DNA of 48,855 nucleotides, filler included, from Sphacelaria rigidula (GCA_964200075.2; 3 parts of 3 records of this genome joined end to end with filler, not necessarily neighbours in it); one strand, 5' to 3'; shown: positions 1 through 12,400, numbered from the whole stretch's first letter. Translations and numbers: made by a program. Notes: a model not told the origin generated them from the letters alone.

Positions 1-65
1 AAAGGGGGGGGGGGGCGCGCCGGGTTCTTGCGGGACCGGGCCGAGGGGGGGGGGGGGGGGGGGAC

Positions 66-126
66 TCATTTGTTGCTTGCCTTAGTCGCTTGACCATTGA
101 CCACGCATCCCTTTCGAGACGGAGCA
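66..126 (-). mobile_element. 3'-end fragment of the same LINE family as 47712-47800
   Basis: CTTGCCTTAGTCGCTTGACCATTG..CCACGCATCCCTTTCGAGACGGAGCA aligns with CTTGCCGTAGTCGTTTGACCATTG...CCACGCACCCCTTTCCAGACAGAGCA at ~47732-47790. Confidence 0.7.
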
Positions 127-529
127 AGGTGGCGTCGGTGGCGGGTTGGGGGGAGGGAGGCGGTTGAACAGATGGCGGGGGCCTACTTGCTGACAGCCGA
201 AAAGCTCACCAAGTCAACCCTATATGTTTTGGAAGTTCCCCGCGGAAGATCATAGGCCATGGATCATGTATTCTTCTCCCCGTTGAAGTTGATGCCGATT
301 CAACACATGATCTACTCTTGCTGTCAAAGGGTTAATCACTACCCCTACAGGGTTGTTTCGTGTTTAGAGGAAGGAGAAAAAGGACTTGTAGGCACCCAGT
401 GTAGCCAGGCTCGAACCCCCTACTCATCTACATCATCGAGAATAATGTTTTACCCCTCCACACACGTACTCAGCACTTTCGGTTGTTTAACAGCCTGATT
501 CTTGCATCCCTGACAGGTTTCCGCCAACA

Positions 530-741
530 TTAATCCTTCGAAGGCGAGAGTAGGTCATCTGTTCAATCGGCCATCAATTTCACTTGAGAAAAGTATGGAT
601 GATCCAGATGGACTACCCCTCGCGGTCTAACGGTTATTATCCCTAGACGGCGAGAGTAGGTCATCTGTTGAATCGGCATCGATCTCACTCAAAAAAATAG
701 TGCATGATTCAGATGGGATACTCTCGCGGCCGAAGGATGAA
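530..741. mobile_element. Tandem pair of ~105-bp piggyBac-like MITEs
   Basis: Units 530-636 and 637-741 follow the consensus TTAA-CCCTTTGACCGCGAGRGTAG...GAATCGGCATCAATTTCAC...GATCCAGATGG-CTACCCTCGCGGTCAAAGGG-TTAA. A partial inverted copy lies at 261-335. Confidence 0.75.
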
Positions 742-1029
742 TGCAAATCGGGATCAATTTACCTCGCAGAAGTTAATGTGGAGATCCCGGTCGTACGCAT
801 GACCGAAGATTACAGAAGACCCCACGGCTCAGGGAATAGGGGTTGCATGATGCACTGAGGAAGTCTCTGCTATTGTGCTCGACGACACATGCTCCGCCAG
901 ACCACCAGCTTCTGGTGAACCCCTCTAGCGCCGAAAGTGTTCATTTGTAGAATCGGCATCATTATTACTTGAAAAGGGCCCGAAGTAATGCCGATTCCAC
1001 AAATTATTTTAGTAATGGGTTCCCTGGGT

Positions 1030-1601
1030 GACATTTGCTGCGATAGCCCCCCCAAAAAAGACGTGGCTGGTTTGGAAAGGCAAAATCTACACGTCAATCG
1101 AAATGAAATAAGCCGAGCATAACGAGCAGCTGATGTGTGGAATCTGCATCATTTTCACTTGAAAACTGGATGAGATTTAGGCCGATTCCACAAATGACCA
1201 CCTCCGGCGGTTGAAGGGTTGGGATTGATGGCGTAGGACAAAGCACCCTGTGACTACGAGAGCTCCAGAATAGTCTCGGTGACTCTTTCTGCCATAGTTC
1301 CCCCCCCCGAAAGTGGCTGGTTTGGAGAAGCAAAATCTACACGTAAATCGAAATGAAAGAAGCTGGGCACAAAGAGCAGCTGATTTGTGAAATCGGCATC
1401 ATTTTCACTTGGAAAATACGTAAGCCGAGCACAACGAGCGGTTGGGAAGTCCCACTTTTGGGTTCGTTTTCGCCAATGTCACCCATATATAGCGCTTCAT
1501 GCAGCCTGAAACCAAACATCAGGCGCCCTGTGGCCCTTTTCTTCGTGAAACTTTTAGGCTGGTTTGGGGGACGGGGGCAGGGGGGTATCGCAGAAAGCGT
1601 C
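1030..1601. mobile_element. MITE family 2 (TIR GAC..TTTCTRCGATAGCCCCC), with an internal ~120-bp duplication
   Basis: TIRs GACATTTGCTGCGATAGCCCC and GGGGGTATCGCAGAAAGCGTC; 1041-1165 is repeated at ~1291-1416. Related copies lie at 10516-10769, 16322-16452 (inverted) and 32432-32470. Confidence 0.65.
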
Positions 1602-3278
1602 CGGTGCCCCAGTGTTTACTATCTGCCTTCATCGACCGGTGACGGTTGGGGTTAGGGTTAGACTGTGGTTGGGTCAATCTATCAAAGATTTGGATATGTT
1701 ATGGAGAGAGAAACTGACGACAAAGTTGAACCCTTTGCCGGCCTCTCGTTAAATAGGAATCACTCTCAGGTTTCTTTCAAGCAAAAATAAACAGTGGTGG
1801 TCACTGGCACGAAAGGGGGGTCAAACGGCTGCGAGCATCACTGGTACCGGAGAGACATGCAGGTTCCGTTGCATTGACTGGTGAGGAGAAAGTCACTGGT
1901 GCAGGGGAAATAGGGTGCGTTACATATTCGATGAGGGGAAGGTCAAACGGCTCGGCACGTCACTGGTGGTGGACGTTCCGCGCGGTAAATTCTCAGGAGA
2001 AGAAAGAATTGAAGAATGCCACGGGAATAGGTTGCGTCAATTCCGAGAGGGAAACGTGAGATTCTGGTGGCTCGTGAAGTCACTGGTCCCAAAGTAAATT
2101 CCGCCTAGAGAAGGGCAAATTTCGCGAAGGGAAACGGGAAAGTGCGGATACAGAACGAATTCTCCCCCAAAAGGCGGGAGAGCAGGAACGGAAGAATGAT
2201 ATAGTGGCTGCTGGTGCGTAGGACTCCGGAGGAATGCTTCTCAGGCATCGTCACTGTTGCACCTGCGTGCCGGAATTCGAAATGCGGATAAACCTAATGT
2301 ATAATAGGGGTGAAAGGTTTTTGGCGCTTCGCGACACCGCTCGAGGGAGCGTTTCCCAAGGCAAAGGATACTGAGGAGTGTTCCTACCGGCATCAGCCGT
2401 CGCCCACATACAGGAGTGCTCAGAGGCGAAGATATGGTTCAGAGATAACTCTTTTCACACGAAGACGTTATTCAGAGATAACTCGTTCTCCTTTTTTCGT
2501 CTCTTTGGACTTTCAGTCATCGTCGAGACGATAAAACCCGACGGAAAAAGAATCAAAACGAGGCAGAAGTTACTGATCCTGCACAACGAAAAAGCTACGC
2601 AGATTCCGCCGTCTCATGAGTGCTTCGAGAACAGACGAAGGGGCCAACGCGCATCGAGACAGGGGAGTTACGATAGCGCACCTACTGCATTGTTGAAATT
2701 GCTACGGCCACGGCAATGCAGCACAGTGCTGCTACTGAGGGTAGTTGAAAGTACATCACAGTGCAATGCAGTAGAGTAGAGTGCGATGCAAGCGAGGTAT
2801 TACAGTGCCGCGTACAGATAGGTCAGAGTGGGGTACGTACTGTAACAGACGGTAGCTACAGAGGAGCATATGTGGCCGATCACTCCGACCAAAAACTCCA
2901 CGTTAAGCCACGTCATATCAGCTTCCACTATGAACGTTTTGGCGTACACTGTGAAGTTTCAATGCTTCCACTCTGCACTATGACTCTATGCTCAGAGCTT
3001 TTCTTGCCGAAACTCTCTAATATTGTTTAATATTTCCAGTACATAGTTACTGATCGATAGCCCCGTGGCCTTTCCGACTTTCCCACTGCCTCGCCGTTTC
3101 ACAGGGAGGTCACGAACACGATACTGACTGTAGCTTGAACCGCCATACACGTGCAGGCAGTATCGTCTTGTTCACTATGCGGGGTCGTTGCTTGGCATGG
3201 GAGCGAGGGATGGGTAAATCGTATGAAGCTGCTTGCTCTTGTGCAACGAACAAACTTTCCAAAAAAGCCGGTTTTGCT

Positions 3279-3636
3279 GATTCAGTGCCGATTTTTGCCG
3301 GTATACGCGGTTCGGAGGATTATTCCACCTCATAAAAGAATTGCCACTGTTCTCCCTTGGAGGATTGTAGCCCAGTTTTTCGAACTTTCGTGCACCCAGT
3401 TCGACTTTTGGCCGGATTAATAATTCGTCGACCAGTCCACAAAAACGATTTCGCAAGTGACCCAAAAAAGGCGGAAAGCCCCGGCTATGAGTCAAAGTGA
3501 ACGTACGAAAAGATCGGAAAGGCCGCTGGAACCCTCTCGCGGAGAAGTACAGTAAGACCTTTCGAGATGTCACAATCGGCAAAGCCTCGAACTGCTCGTA
3601 CTACTGTTGTACCCTGGGGAAAATTGGCACTGAATC
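3279..3636. mobile_element. Putative MITE with ~25-bp TIRs
   Basis: GATTCAGTGCCGATTTTTGCCGGTATAC at the left and GTACCCTGGGGAAAATTGGCACTGAATC at the right are reverse complements. Confidence 0.55.
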
Positions 3637-3940
3637 GCCTGAAAAAATTGTATTAGTAGATATTTTCATTTGAATTTTCGCGCGACGATTTTGTGACCCA
3701 TTTTGCCGCACATCAGCTACATGCCGATACAGGTGGTAGTTCTTGTATCACGAGTGTTTATGCAGTGCCAAAACACGACGCACATCCCGCAACAGCACCC
3801 ATCCAAACAAACGGTCAGAAACATCTGAGACGGAAGCAAACGCCACCAAGTAGAAATTCCGCAAAGCATTCGCTCTATCCTCACAGGGAAATTCACGCCA
3901 GACGTTGTCACGAGTAACAGCAGTCTACCTGTTCCCCACA

Positions 3941-4459
3941 TTCAACCTTTGACTACGAGCATATAGATAAGTCACGCGTTTAATCAGCATCAAGTTGACT
4001 TGGAAAATAATCACATAGAACAACATGTTTGTGAGATTAGGATTGGATTATTTCCGGAACGGAAGAGTTTTCGTGATTTACACCAAGGCGGTTAAATCGT
4101 CCGAAACGGCCGTCGCCCCCTAAAAGCCCGTGATCTGACGGGAGTTGTGATGCAAAAACATGTGAAGTAGACTTGACCAGTACAGAGCTATAAGGGAAAA
4201 TGTGTCCAAAATAGGGGGGGAAACAACTGCACATTTGAGACGTATCTCATGGGAGACATCACCGCGATGTAACTCTGATTGCGCTTCATTCCCGTCAGAT
4301 TACGGGCCTTCAGGGGGGTGACGGCCGTTTCGGGCGATTAGCCCGCCTTGTTATAAATAACGACAAAAGATTCCGTTCCCAAAGCAAAATCCGTTCTTCA
4401 TCTTGCAAACATGTGGTTATAGCCAGGTGATCCACCTGCCCTCGCAGTCAAAGGGTTAA
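3941..4459. mobile_element. piggyBac-like MITE interrupted by a long-TIR foldback element (~4020-4418)
   Basis: Outer ends are CCTTTGACTACGAG and CTCGCAGTCAAAGGGTTAA. Inner arms ~4022-4155 and ~4279-4415 are reverse complements (CGAAACGGCCGTCGCCCCCTAAAAGCCCGTGATCTGACGGGA vs TCCCGTCAGATTACGGGCCTTCAGGGGGGTGACGGCCGTTTCG). Confidence 0.75.
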
Positions 4460-4880
4460 GCGAATCCGTTCAAGCTTGGGTTCGTGGCTGAGCTCCTCGT
4501 ACATATATCGAAACGCATGCCTCATGTGTTCGGCACCGAATCACAGCTGCTTTCGGGTACTTGGAAAACAAAAAATGCCCTTCGTGACGCAGAAAACCAG
4601 TGATAAATTACATAATTTAATTCAACGCAACATATTTCATCCTCTGGCAGTTAGATGTTTGAACATAGTACACCACATCACTGTTTGAAATTGCGTGTGT
4701 ACTGTAGGACTGTGCCATTTTTGCTCCATCTTGCTGTACGACTCCTGCACTGCCCCCAAGAGCGCAGTGACCAAGGGTTGCTCGATGCGCTCAGATATTG
4801 ATGCCGGTATACATTGTGCTGATGCATGTGCCGTGTTAATGATACCAACTATTTTAACCTTTGGCCGCCACCATATGTAA

Positions 4881-5165
4881 TGGGTCATCTGTTGAATCGT
4901 CAATGGTCCAGATGGCCTACTCTGTCGGTCAAAGGGTTTACCCTTAGACCACGATACGGGTAACCCATCTGGATCATGTATACTTTTCCCAGTGAAATTG
5001 ATGCCGATTCAGCAGGTGATCTACCCTCGCGATTAAAGGGTTAACCGTTTGACTGCGAGGCTCAGTCATCTGAATTAAGCATACTTTTTCAGGTGAAATC
5101 AATGCCTACTCTCGCCGTCAAAGGGTAAACCGCTTGACAGCGGCGGTAGTTCATCCCGGGTCATA
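4881..5165. mobile_element. Array of four (partly deleted) piggyBac-like MITE units sharing TTAA-like junctions
   Basis: Junctions AAAGGG-TTTA-CCCTT (4937-4940), AAAGGG-TTAA-CCGTTTGAC (5041-5044) and AAAGGG-TAAA-CCGCTTGAC (5126-5129). Units are in mixed orientation. Confidence 0.75.
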
Positions 5166-5289
5166 CACAGCCATACAGAGCGGTACGGTAGGTAGGCGAC
5201 TGAAATGATGTGCAGAAGAAATCGTTGCCGACGTGCCCGGCGCCAGGCGCTTCCGCCGACCACGGTTACCCGATGTGGCGAAATCACGC

Positions 5290-6774
5290 CGTCACGGTTG
5301 ACTATATAGTGGATCCTGGATGATGACCAGGGGACAAGGGCATCCTGTGGATTATGACCCTTCCTGTGTAGCCCAGGCCTGATGGTAGGCTACAGGTGTT
5401 TACTCCGAATAATGATAAGGTGTTGTAAAGGCTGGCAACTGAGACCTTGAGGCCAGTGGAGCTGGGGAGTCCCTCAACAGCATTTAGACGTTGCAGTACT
5501 AGTAAACCTGCTAGCGTCACAATATCGATATTAGTGCTAGTGCTGGCGTGCTAGCAGATGCTATCGTTTGAGACTGCTGAAACATTTTAGCAGGGAGAGT
5601 CTGGACAACTAGTGATTAGCTTCGGGCACAGAGCTTCATGGACGCGTGAGGAGGCTTCAAGCTGAGGTAGCTGAAAAGGCGGCTGGCCTGTGATTGATCC
5701 ACACTGGAGACTTGCTGGAGCTGTGTACAGCGGGTGTTTATACAACCCCAGGGCTGTGTTGGAGCGGCGAAGCAAGCAGGTGTGAACTGAAGTTCCAGAA
5801 GGCTTGAGAAATCTTCTATTCAGGCTCAAGAATGTCGACTATGGAGGTACCAACAATAGAGCCAGCAGAAACGACTGTAACCCCAGTTGTTCTAAGGGAA
5901 GAGTTGCGGCCGCCCAGTTACGGGAGTTTATATTCTGAGGGTGCCTCTCGATCGTTTTATACAAGATACATGGAATACAAAAAGAGGGTGGAGCATGCGA
6001 ATGCAGGGGGTGCGGTGAGGCATCAGGTGGTATTGATGGCGCAATTAGGACCGACACCCTTGCAACGCGTCTTCGCGAGACGGTTCCATAAAAAGCATAC
6101 CATAACGCCGCTGCAGTTGGCCGCAGCGATAAAGAAGCACGCAGGGCATGCGGCGGGCGCGGAGGTAGAGCTTACTCAGGCGTCCGCGGCCGTGGCGAAG
6201 GCTGTCGCAATGAACCACAAGGGGACGACCATGCGTGAGAGGGTGGAGCCCATAGTGGGTAAGTTGGAAACGTATTTTGCGGAAAATCCCAACGTAGAGA
6301 TGATTTATCGTTCGTCCGATGGGAAATTTCGCCCAGGGCCCGCTGCGGTGGTCACCAAAGCGATGGTGGAGGGTCTAGCACCGGCGGAATTCAAGCAGGG
6401 GTGCTTGTACAGTTACAGCACAAAACAAATTGGAAGTCGGACCCGTATTTAGTCATGGATACCGTGGTGGTTGAGGCTCAGGCATGGCGGCGCGTCGAAG
6501 TATTCGGAAAATCATCCACTTCGTCGCCGTAGTCTTCGAGCTCGCGTAACCGCTGATCAAAATCCGCAGGCAGTACCGCATCCAATTTTACTTGCTTTAA
6601 GTGTGGCTAGGTCGGTCACATCGCACGGAAGTGCCCAACGCCTTCTGACGGGGAGTCTGGGCAGACGAATGCCGCAAACCCTCGCAATCACAAAATACGA
6701 GGTAGTCGTGGTGGCGGCAGCGGCGGATCCTCCAGCGGCGGATCCTCCAGCGGTGGAGGTGCACAGTCAAGTTC

Positions 6775-6817
<43 letters not shown>

Positions 6818-8917
6818 GGGCAGCGGCGTCAGCAGGGGTCCGGTTCTGGGAATGGTTCAGCCGCATTATCAGCTGCTGCTCCACAACGGGCGGTGCAGGT
6901 GGGACCGACCTCTCTAGTGTCGGGCTCGGTGCCGGCGCCGCCGGCAGCAGAGCAAGGCGAGACGCCAGCTGCGGAGCCGACCGGTTTTCAGCTGAAATTT
7001 GAATCCGCTGCTGTGCCGGCCGGGGTACCGCTGCACTTTGGTTCTGCGGGCGGGGCTTCGTACCCGCCGGCGGTGCCGGTGACCCCAGCGGGGGCGTCTC
7101 TGCCTGCGCCGCGCGCGCAGCCGTGACGCCAAGTGGGGATTACGAACAATCAGTCGGCGGAGCAGGTGCCGGTCGAAGACCAAGACAATTATGTCCCTGC
7201 CGAGTTATATCTGCCCGATCAACGGGCGCGGGGAGCGATTTCGGTCAAAGCGGTGTTGGATTCAGGCGCCCACTTCACGAGCACGTCGGTGCAAATTGTG
7301 GAGATGTTGGAGCGTCTACTCCCCGGTGAGCAAATCCGAATTGCGTTTTTGCTCGGGGCGAGGTAGGCCATCACCGCATCGGGGCAACGTATAAATGTGA
7401 CGGAGCGTACGATTCCCCTACAGATAGCGTTCCTGACTACTTGGGGGCCAGCAAAATCACCCCCAATATCGTTTGCGATCATTCCGGGAACGGGTAGTGT
7501 CGTTCTGTTGGGCCTACCGACGCTTCGGGGACTCGGAGTCGATCCGTATGATCGGTTGTTGGAGTCCCTAGTAACGAAAATGCCGTCGCCTGGTTCGAGT
7601 GTCGAGACGCCTGCTTTTTTGGCCAGTCGCAGGGTAAGCTTGTCGGTTGATGCTCTCCAGGAGGCGGGGGGGGCAGGTGTCCGAGGAGCGTGATGAGGCG
7701 GTGGAACGCTTGGTGGAGCGTGGCTCAGAGAATTTTTTTGATTCGGCGGATGAGGAGTCCGCTCGGGAAGTCGCGCTAGAGGAGAGCGTGACGAATGCTG
7801 GAGCGAAAAGCCTCAGCGTCTCAAAAGTGGAGCGCCTGCATGGCATATTGCACCGCCGCGTCAACGCGTTTCGTCGTGCGCTGCGGAGTGATCCCCCTGC
7901 GCGTGTGGAGCCCATGCGTGTTCAGCCAAAACCTGGGGCGTTCGCTGTGAAGACGAAGCCGCGGCGGTACGATCCAGTGAAGCCGAGTTGGTTGGCATTG
8001 TGCATGGCGGCTCTTTTCGAGCTCGGGTTGGTGTCACAGAATTTTCAGGCGGGATGGTCCCGTCCGGATAGTGTGTTTCAGAAGAAGGCTGCATCGCGGA
8101 CGGAGGGCAGGCTGCAGGCGTGGGCGGCAGCGAAGGATCTGGTGGCTCATGCCGGGAGACTGCTCCATCCTCGTCCAGATTGTCAGGTGTCAATGTTTCC
8201 GGATGCATTTGAGTGCAATATGGGTAGTTTTGTAACGCAGGTGCCTGATGCAGAAATGCAACAAAGGTTGCCGGTTGAAGACATGACGCATGAACCGCTG
8301 GCTTTTCTGGGTGATAATTTCAAGGGTTCACAGATGCGTTGGGCAAAAAGTGAAAAGGAAGGTTTTGCTATCGTGAGCACTTTTCGTCGTCTTGAGCATT
8401 TTTTGTGAATTGGCGTACACATTCACACGGATCACCGAAATCTAGCGTACATTTTCAACCCGGAGGCATGCGTGACGTCTGTATGGAAGACGTTGGCACA
8501 GCGATTGGAGGGGTGGAAAGGTGTATTAGGACAGTATCGGTACACGATTTGCCATATTTCGAATGCGCGTAACGCGTGGGGTGACTTGCTGTCGCTCTGG
8601 GTAAATATTTCCACTTTGCCTGCGCGCGCTGTGGCTGTGTATGGCCCGTGCGAACCTGATGACTCGATGCCGTCCAAATATGTTGTCCGCCAAGCGCAAC
8701 GAAAACACCTTGGGGCCGAGGATGCGAATGTGCAATCTTTCGAGTCGGACGTTGGTACTGCTATCTTGGACAATGAATGTCTGTTTTGTGTGCATGTGCG
8801 TGGTCGAAACGTTTTGTGGATTCCGAGTGCTGACAAGCAGTTGCAGGTACGCTTGATGATTTGTGCGCACATGCGCGATGCCGGGCATCGTGGTGTGGCT
8901 GCGACGCTAGCGTCACA
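5290..8917 (+). mobile_element. Degenerate Ty3/gypsy LTR retrotransposon (gag-PR-deleted RT-RNase H-truncated IN)
   Basis: Gag-like ORF 5832-6452. Zinc knuckle CFKCG*VGHIARKC at ~6593-6634, with a stop codon. Protease VKAVLDSGA at ~7245-7270. RT N-terminus (PRRYDP...LGLV) with no YxDD core. RNase H (FPDA...HEPLAFL...RW...EKEGFAIV...HTDHRNLAYIF). Integrase zinc-region start HMRDAGHRGVAATL. Many stops and frameshifts. The putative 5' LTR 5290-5521 ends GCTAGCGTCACA, and this 12-mer recurs at 8906-8917. The left boundary is uncertain. Confidence 0.9.
6777..6812. repeat. (AGC)n microsatellite within the gag-protease linker
   Basis: About 12 uninterrupted CAG/AGC units. Confidence 0.9.
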
Positions 8918-9438
8918 GTATAGGCTAATGCCTGCTCGGCGTTCACTAGGTTTGCAATGATTCACTTGCGGTAGTTCGTTAAGATGCTTCGTAGCTTGGT
9001 TTCGACAATGTATCCCAGATACCACACGGACGCGGGAAGTCGCCACAGGAGTGGTTGAGTCACACCAGAAGGAAATCAAACACCCTGCTCGACCGCACAG
9101 ACAGCTCTGTATTTTCTACTCTGCGGGTGTTTCCCGAGTCGGGTTCGACGTGAACGGTAGCGTACTGTGCAGATAATATACAATGCAAGTGTGGTTGTGC
9201 GTCAGCGTGTAGTACCGCCTACTCTTTACTTCGGTTTACTCGCTCCGCGACTTCACGCGGAGACTGAGTGAACATATGCTGTACTATTACATGGGAGTCG
9301 GGGGTGCTCCGCGTCAGTAGCATGACCTGCACAAAAACCGCCATACCACCTTTTCCTAATGATTCATACATAGGTGTACATTCATCTGATGCGAACACAC
9401 TGGTTATAGATCATACTGTATTCGCTGCCCGAGCTTAC

Positions 9439-12400
9439 GTGGAAAATGAGTCCAGGCTGTACTGGTACATGAAGTCAATCGTGCTGAGTTTGAGCAGCAT
9501 GAAGTACATCATAGACGCCTCAGCTGCCACCGGTCGGTACACTTCCCGAGCCTGCAATGATGACCAACGAACACAAGATTCAGGGAAAATGACAGTCTTG
9601 GGACGTGAGTGAAACGCCGATGTAAATGTACCATATCAATCGGTGTGATTTTACTCGCCTTGCAGGATGTCGTTGGATTCGACCTAACCTCGTTGCACCT
9701 GTCGTCGGTCGAATATACTGGGGAAAGATCAACTGCATGCGGATCCCCCAAGCGCGATATATACACCGTCTTGTATGGAGTGACATGTTGCCATCAAAAT
9801 GTGTTCATTCGCGCTGGGATGGTGTGAGGGGGAGATGGGACACCGTAGTGGGGGGCTTAGGCTCTTGACTACGAGCCGCACTTGTTGTACCCTTGCCGGG
9901 AACTCTTTGTGTACCTTCCTCGAGCATTTTGACGTGTACTCGCTGTCGCTCCGACTACTATGAACACTCGGTGGCTCGACATGCTAAGAAGATACCCGTA
10001 AGTCTACGACCCACGCTTCTTTGCAGTCACAATGCCTATTTCCCCACCTCCCGTGCTTCGTGCGGGAAGGTATCTTAGTTTGTTGATGATAGACCGTGTC
10101 TTGCCAAAGGCAAACTTGTACTCGTGTCCCTCTCTCGCGGAGAGCAAGACGCGTGATCGGTAACCAGGATAGCAAAGTAATAGCAAAGCGTGTTTGCTTT
10201 TCACTTTGATTTTGTCGGAACACTCTCGTTTATCGTCGCTGGTAAAGTTCTCCTATTTCAAGCTTTTGAAAATAAGCTTCACCTCGTTGATGCCCGCCTC
10301 CGTCTCCTTTCCGAGCACGACAGCCTCATTGATTTCCCTAGCTGTTTGCTTCATCTCTTCCAACCCCTGCCGAACTCAGGGGCGATCAATGAATAAATCA
10401 CAAAACCGGAGACAAGACAAGTTTGGAATCATTTCTTTTGTGTCAGGCACGTCCTTGCGAAGTTTCATGTCCACCAGAAATGCGATTCCAAGCTTGCTCC
10501 GCAATGCATACGACTGATGCCGCGATGCCCCCCTCCCCCCCCGCCCCGCCCAGAAAAATGGTCGGGTTGAGGGGGAAAATCTACATATAAATCAAAATGA
10601 CAAAAGCCGATCACACCTAGCAGTTGGAGACTCCCGCGCTAGGGACTGGTTTCGCCAATGTCGCGTATATGAGGCACTTTCTCCGGTCTGGAACCAGCTA
10701 TCACACGCTTTATGGCCGCTTTCTTCATGACAGTTTCGGAGCTGATTCGGGAGGGCTATCACGGCATCACCCATGCGTCAGACTCTAACGTTTTGTGGCG
10801 TGCGTCTTATTCCATTGATTTTTCACATGGACGAAGCGTGAGATCTGTTAGATGCTAGTGGTACGGTGCAGTTCCGCGATCGAAAACCTGGTCGATATTC
10901 GACCGTTGTGATTCGCATACTGACTGTAGAATCGACAGGCGGAAGGTCATTCCTGGTCCACGTACCAATGCCGTACAGAATGCTACTGATCTTCCGCAAC
11001 TCACGTTCAACCGAGGGCTCTACCAGCTATAGTTGAATCACCGCACACGTGCCAACGGTTTCCGGTGTCCTCCCTACCCTTTCGAAACTACTGTCCAGCA
11101 GTATGTAGGAAAATCAGCACACAAGACTGTGAGTTTATATTACCTCAATTAGGCTGACGTCGGATAGGATATCGGCAGGCGCATCGGCCAATCGCTGCAG
11201 CAGCTGGTCTTCCAGTCCTTCCAGTTGGATCTTGTATAGATTGGACGCCTGTCTCACGTGACAACGGAACCGACAAAAGAGATGCACTCTTGCAACACGA
11301 CATCGTTAGGATTGCGGTTGACAATGAAGTTGCCGGGTAAGGGTGGTGGTGCCCGTCGGGTCACAGCTGAAAGCCAACGTCAATGGTTAGTGCTAGCAGA
11401 TTGCAAGGCTCATGCATCTGAAACAGAGCAGGTTACGGTGATTGCTTGATTTGGTTGATTGATGTACTTTGTTTCGCATTTTTCGTTTTCCTTTGTTCGT
11501 TGCAACCATATGAACTATTTCTGAACAGTTTCGACGAATTAGTCGCACTACGGTTCCAAACAGAACCGAGTTGCCGCTCCGGTCCAAGTCGAGCGCGTCG
11601 CTTGTCTACATTTCCTCAAGGTCACGCACATATTATGCTGCCAGAGCACAGAACAGCATCCTGCGAGTAGAAAAATCCGACTACGGTGCGCGTTCTCTCG
11701 CCTGAACAAGATCGTTCTTCGTTTTCTCCAAATCGGGCTGTTCAGCTCCGACCACAGCCGCTAGCAACTGATCCTCCAACCCTCTGTCGATACACGTTTT
11801 GCAGATGAATTTTCCTTTGAACTCAGCGGACAAAGCCATCACCGACGGATGTTGAAAAACGGCAGTAAAAAAGCCATGAAGTCCATGTCTGATCTATCTA
11901 TATCTTACATTACTCTGCCAACAATATCGCTGCATGTGAGGTGGTCGTGAAAGGGTCGGTGTCCGTGCTTTTCGGGACAATGCTGAATATCCAGGAAAGA
12001 TGAGACATATCCGTTGATTGTGACGGGAAACTTGTTGTCATCTTCCAACGCATTCGAGAAGGCAAGCTAACGTAGGGGCAACGTCCCTAGCCGGAGGGAC
12101 AACGAAGTTTAATGCGACGAACATAAAATGATCGTATATTCACTTTTTGTTCGAGCTGCGCGATACCTTTTATTGGATATTCTATACTCCTCCCATCAAT
12201 GCGTATGAATGCAGTCACCGAACGGCAAGTTTCACTCGTGGGAAAGACAGCCAAGCGGACAATGTTCGAAATCATGTAATCACTATGCCTTTTGTGTTCT
12301 TGGCGCATTTACCACGGAAGGCACGTGATACGCTTGACATTCCGAGTCATTCGTCTTCGATATGTACTCATGTAAAACAAACGAACAGCAGCAGCAGATG

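Noticed and set aside
1-63. G-rich tracts here, at 32639-32750 and at 48833-48855 as G-quadruplex elements
   Set aside because: All lie at contig ends and look like low-quality poly-G sequence.
1649-1661. GGGTTAGGGTTAG telomere-like motif
   Set aside because: Only two units; too short to call an interstitial telomere.
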